Shown: positions 31,653 through 33,406 of the stretch, piece by piece
How the letters are laid out: each line of letters starts with the position of its first letter
Numbering within the stretch: the stretch's first letter is position 1
Assembly (NCBI GenBank): GCA_028702545.1
Contig: JAQVOQ010000002.1
Coordinates: 1-33,406, forward strand
Direction of reading: 5' to 3'
DNA: 33,406 bases
Origin: Clostridia bacterium
Lineage (GTDB): Bacteria > Bacillota > Clostridia > Christensenellales > UBA1242
Notes under the pieces: model-generated
The model's input: the letters and a program-made list of their open reading frames with translations, nothing else
What the model was told of the DNA's origin: nothing
Database searches by the model: none
Program-made: the position numbers and the translations under genes

Positions 31653-32192
31653 ATGAAAGAAAATTTTTATATATTTTTAGATATAGATGGTGTACTTTGG
31701 GATTGGGCCTTTATTAAGGAACAAGTAAAAAAAGGCATCATAAAACAAGGCGCGCCGATTACCTCTTTTAAACCAGAGAGTATTGATGCTCTAAATTTTT
31801 TGATTAAATCATTATACGAACAGTATAAAGTGAATTTAGTATTATCTTCTTCATGGCAAACAACTGATATGGCAAAGGCAATAAGTGCGCTTTTTAATAG
31901 TAATTTAGAAGTTGTTGGTAAAATTGAAGCGACTAGAAATACGACTCATAAAATACGAGGCGTTGAAATTAAGAAATATTTAAACGGTACAAATAATAAT
32001 CAAAATTATGTTGTTATAGATGATGAAACCTCAGATATCAAAGCTTTTGTAGACATTAAAAAAATAATAAAAACAAATTTGCAAAACGCCGCCCTAAATT
32101 TAGGTCAGGTTAAGAAGTTTCTAATTAATTTAAAAGAAAATAAGCAGAAAAATTTGTATGAAGAGACAAATGAAGAAGTTGTAAAAAGATAA
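31653..32192 (+). CDS. HAD-like hydrolase domain protein
   Basis: 179 aa. The N-terminus is the HAD motif I FLDIDGVLWDW, with a later VIDDE acidic motif. Confidence 0.75.
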   Translation: MKENFYIFLDIDGVLWDWAFIKEQVKKGIIKQGAPITSFKPESIDALNFLIKSLYEQYKVNLVLSSSWQTTDMAKAISALFNSNLEVVGKIEATRNTTHKIRGVEIKKYLNGTNNNQNYVVIDDETSDIKAFVDIKKIIKTNLQNAALNLGQVKKFLINLKENKQKNLYEETNEEVVKR

Positions 32193-32217
32193 AGCCACAT
32201 AAGCATGTGGTTTTTTT
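32191..32217 (+). terminator. intrinsic terminator
   Basis: CCACAT (32195-32200) pairs with ATGTGG (32205-32210), followed by T7. Confidence 0.8.
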
Positions 32218-32230
32218 AATTAATTTTCTT

Positions 32231-32260
32231 TTGACCCGAGTATAATATAAATGGTATAAT
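32231..32260 (+). promoter_or_regulatory. sigma-A promoter of the ABC transporter operon
   Basis: TTGACC (32231-32236) is followed by an 18-nt spacer and TGgTATAAT (TATAAT at 32255-32260). Confidence 0.65.
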
Positions 32261-32294
32261 ATTTTAATTATTTAATAATTAAGGAGAGTTTTTT

Positions 32295-33159
32295 ATGGCA
32301 ACAGCTTTTAAGGTTGAGGGATTAAAATTTAGATATCCAAAAGGCACAGAAGATGTTATTTGTGGAGTAGACTTTGAAGTTAATGAGGGCGAAGTATTTG
32401 GACTACTTGGTCCAAGTGGCGCAGGTAAAAGTACAACGCAAAAGGTTATGATAAAATTATTAGAAGGCTACGAGGGTAAAATTGAATATTTTAATGCCGA
32501 CTTAGACGAGCTCAACACGAGCTATTACGAAGAGATTGGTGTTGGTTTTGAAATGCCCGTGCATTTCAATAAGTTAACGGCAATGGAAAATATTAACTTT
32601 TTTTTTAAATCTTTATAAAAGCCGTGCTAACAGCGAAGAGTTGTTAAAAAAAGTAGGGCTTTATGAGGACAAGGACAAAAAAGTTGGCGAGTTTAGTAAA
32701 GGTATGAAGGTTAGACTTAATTTTGTTAGAAGCCTGCTAAACAATCCAAAAGTACTATTTTTAGATGAAGTTACAAACGGACTTGATCCAATGAATGCAA
32801 GAATTATAAAAAATCTTATATTAGAGTTCAAACATAATGGTGGAACAGTATTTTTGACTACTCACCTTATGAAAGATGTTGAAGAGTTGTGTGACAGAGT
32901 TGCGTTTATGGATAAAGGATTAATAGTAGAAACTAATACTCCACGAAATTTAAAATTAAAATACGGCAAAAAACAAATCACCGTGGAATATAAAAATGGT
33001 AAAGGTAGTAAAACCAAAGTGTTTGAAATGGAAAACATCGGCGAAAATGCTGAGTTTTTAAAGTTATTAAAAGAAAAGAATATAGAAACTATTCACTCGG
33101 GCGAAACGGGTTTAGACGAAATATTTATTAAAATTACGGGGGCGAAAGATGTTAAATAA
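32295..33159 (+). pseudogene. ABC transporter ATP-binding protein interrupted by a frameshift in a T9 tract
   Basis: Fragment 1 (32295..32618) carries Walker A GPSGAGKST. Fragment 2 (32641..33159, +1 frame) carries the signature FSKGMKVRL and Walker B VLFLDE. Removing one T from T9 (32598-32606) gives the continuous sequence ...ENINFFLNLYKSRANSEELLKKVGLYED... Confidence 0.8.
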
Positions 33160-33406
33160 TGTTTTAAAATTATTTGTGGCCGATGTAAAACGCTTAGCCA
33201 AGTATAATATTTTGCAAATCAGTTTTGGGCTTGCAATTTTATACGGCGCTATAATTTATTTTACTTCAGCACAAGAAGCCGAACTGCTAGTTACTCTACT
33301 TGTTTTTGTAGATGCCACTATGATGAGCATTATTATGCTAGGCGCTAGTTTGTTTTATGAAAAACAAGAGGGCAGTTTAAAAAGTGTTTTAGTGACGCCG
33401 GTCAAA
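33149..33406 (+). CDS. ABC-2 type transporter permease, N-terminal fragment running off the window
   Basis: The ATG at 33149 overlaps the ATPase stop, with GGGGG 6 nt upstream. The frame is open to the window end. The sequence starts MLNNVLKLFVADVKRLAKYNILQISFGLAILYGAIIYF... and is hydrophobic. Confidence 0.7.
   Translation, partial: MLNNVLKLFVADVKRLAKYNILQISFGLAILYGAIIYFTSAQEAELLVTLLVFVDATMMSIIMLGASLFYEKQEGSLKSVLVTPVK

Noticed and set aside
1-33406. Scan for CRISPR arrays, IS elements, integrases, phage genes, toxin-antitoxin pairs or rRNA
   Set aside because: I saw no spaced direct-repeat array, no transposase/integrase/recombinase-like ORF, no terminal inverted repeats and no rRNA-like sequence. 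By these criteria the window looks chromosomal rather than mobile.

Overview
Strongly AT-rich chromosomal segment read with the standard genetic code. Its style is low-GC Gram-positive or Mollicutes-like: GGAGG-type RBSs, extended -10 promoters, hairpin plus T-run terminators and a T-box leader. I saw no transposase, integrase, CRISPR array or rRNA. Housekeeping genes are lepB, radC, hup, ndk, folD, T-box-controlled pheS-pheT, two tandem RumA-type RNA methyltransferases and a solitary tRNA-Arg(UCG). The accessory content is more interesting. (1) A minus-strand operon encodes a TasA-like protein, a SipW-type signal peptidase and a stand-alone HD-GYP; it sits behind a roughly 170-nt leader with mutually exclusive helix/terminator structures that resembles a GEMM-I cyclic-dinucleotide riboswitch. 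(2) Three tandem, translationally coupled paralogs encode cytoplasmic transglutaminase-like Cys-His-Asp proteins. (3) An ECF sigma is paired with an anti-sigma carrying an RsgI-type DINPS juxtamembrane domain. Next to it lie an orphan membrane protein with the same domain fused to a long coiled coil, a second secreted coiled-coil paralog and a divergent GLUG-repeat surface protein. (4) Three Prx6-like peroxiredoxins with a C-terminal C-x5-C motif are present; the tandem pair has degenerate active sites (Thr->Glu in one, Thr->Gly plus Cys->Ala in the other). (5) Two short basic-protein genes missing from the ORF track have strong RBSs and terminators. (6) An ABC ATPase gene is split by a T9 homopolymer frameshift. 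All family assignments come from motif recognition by eye, and no database search was run.
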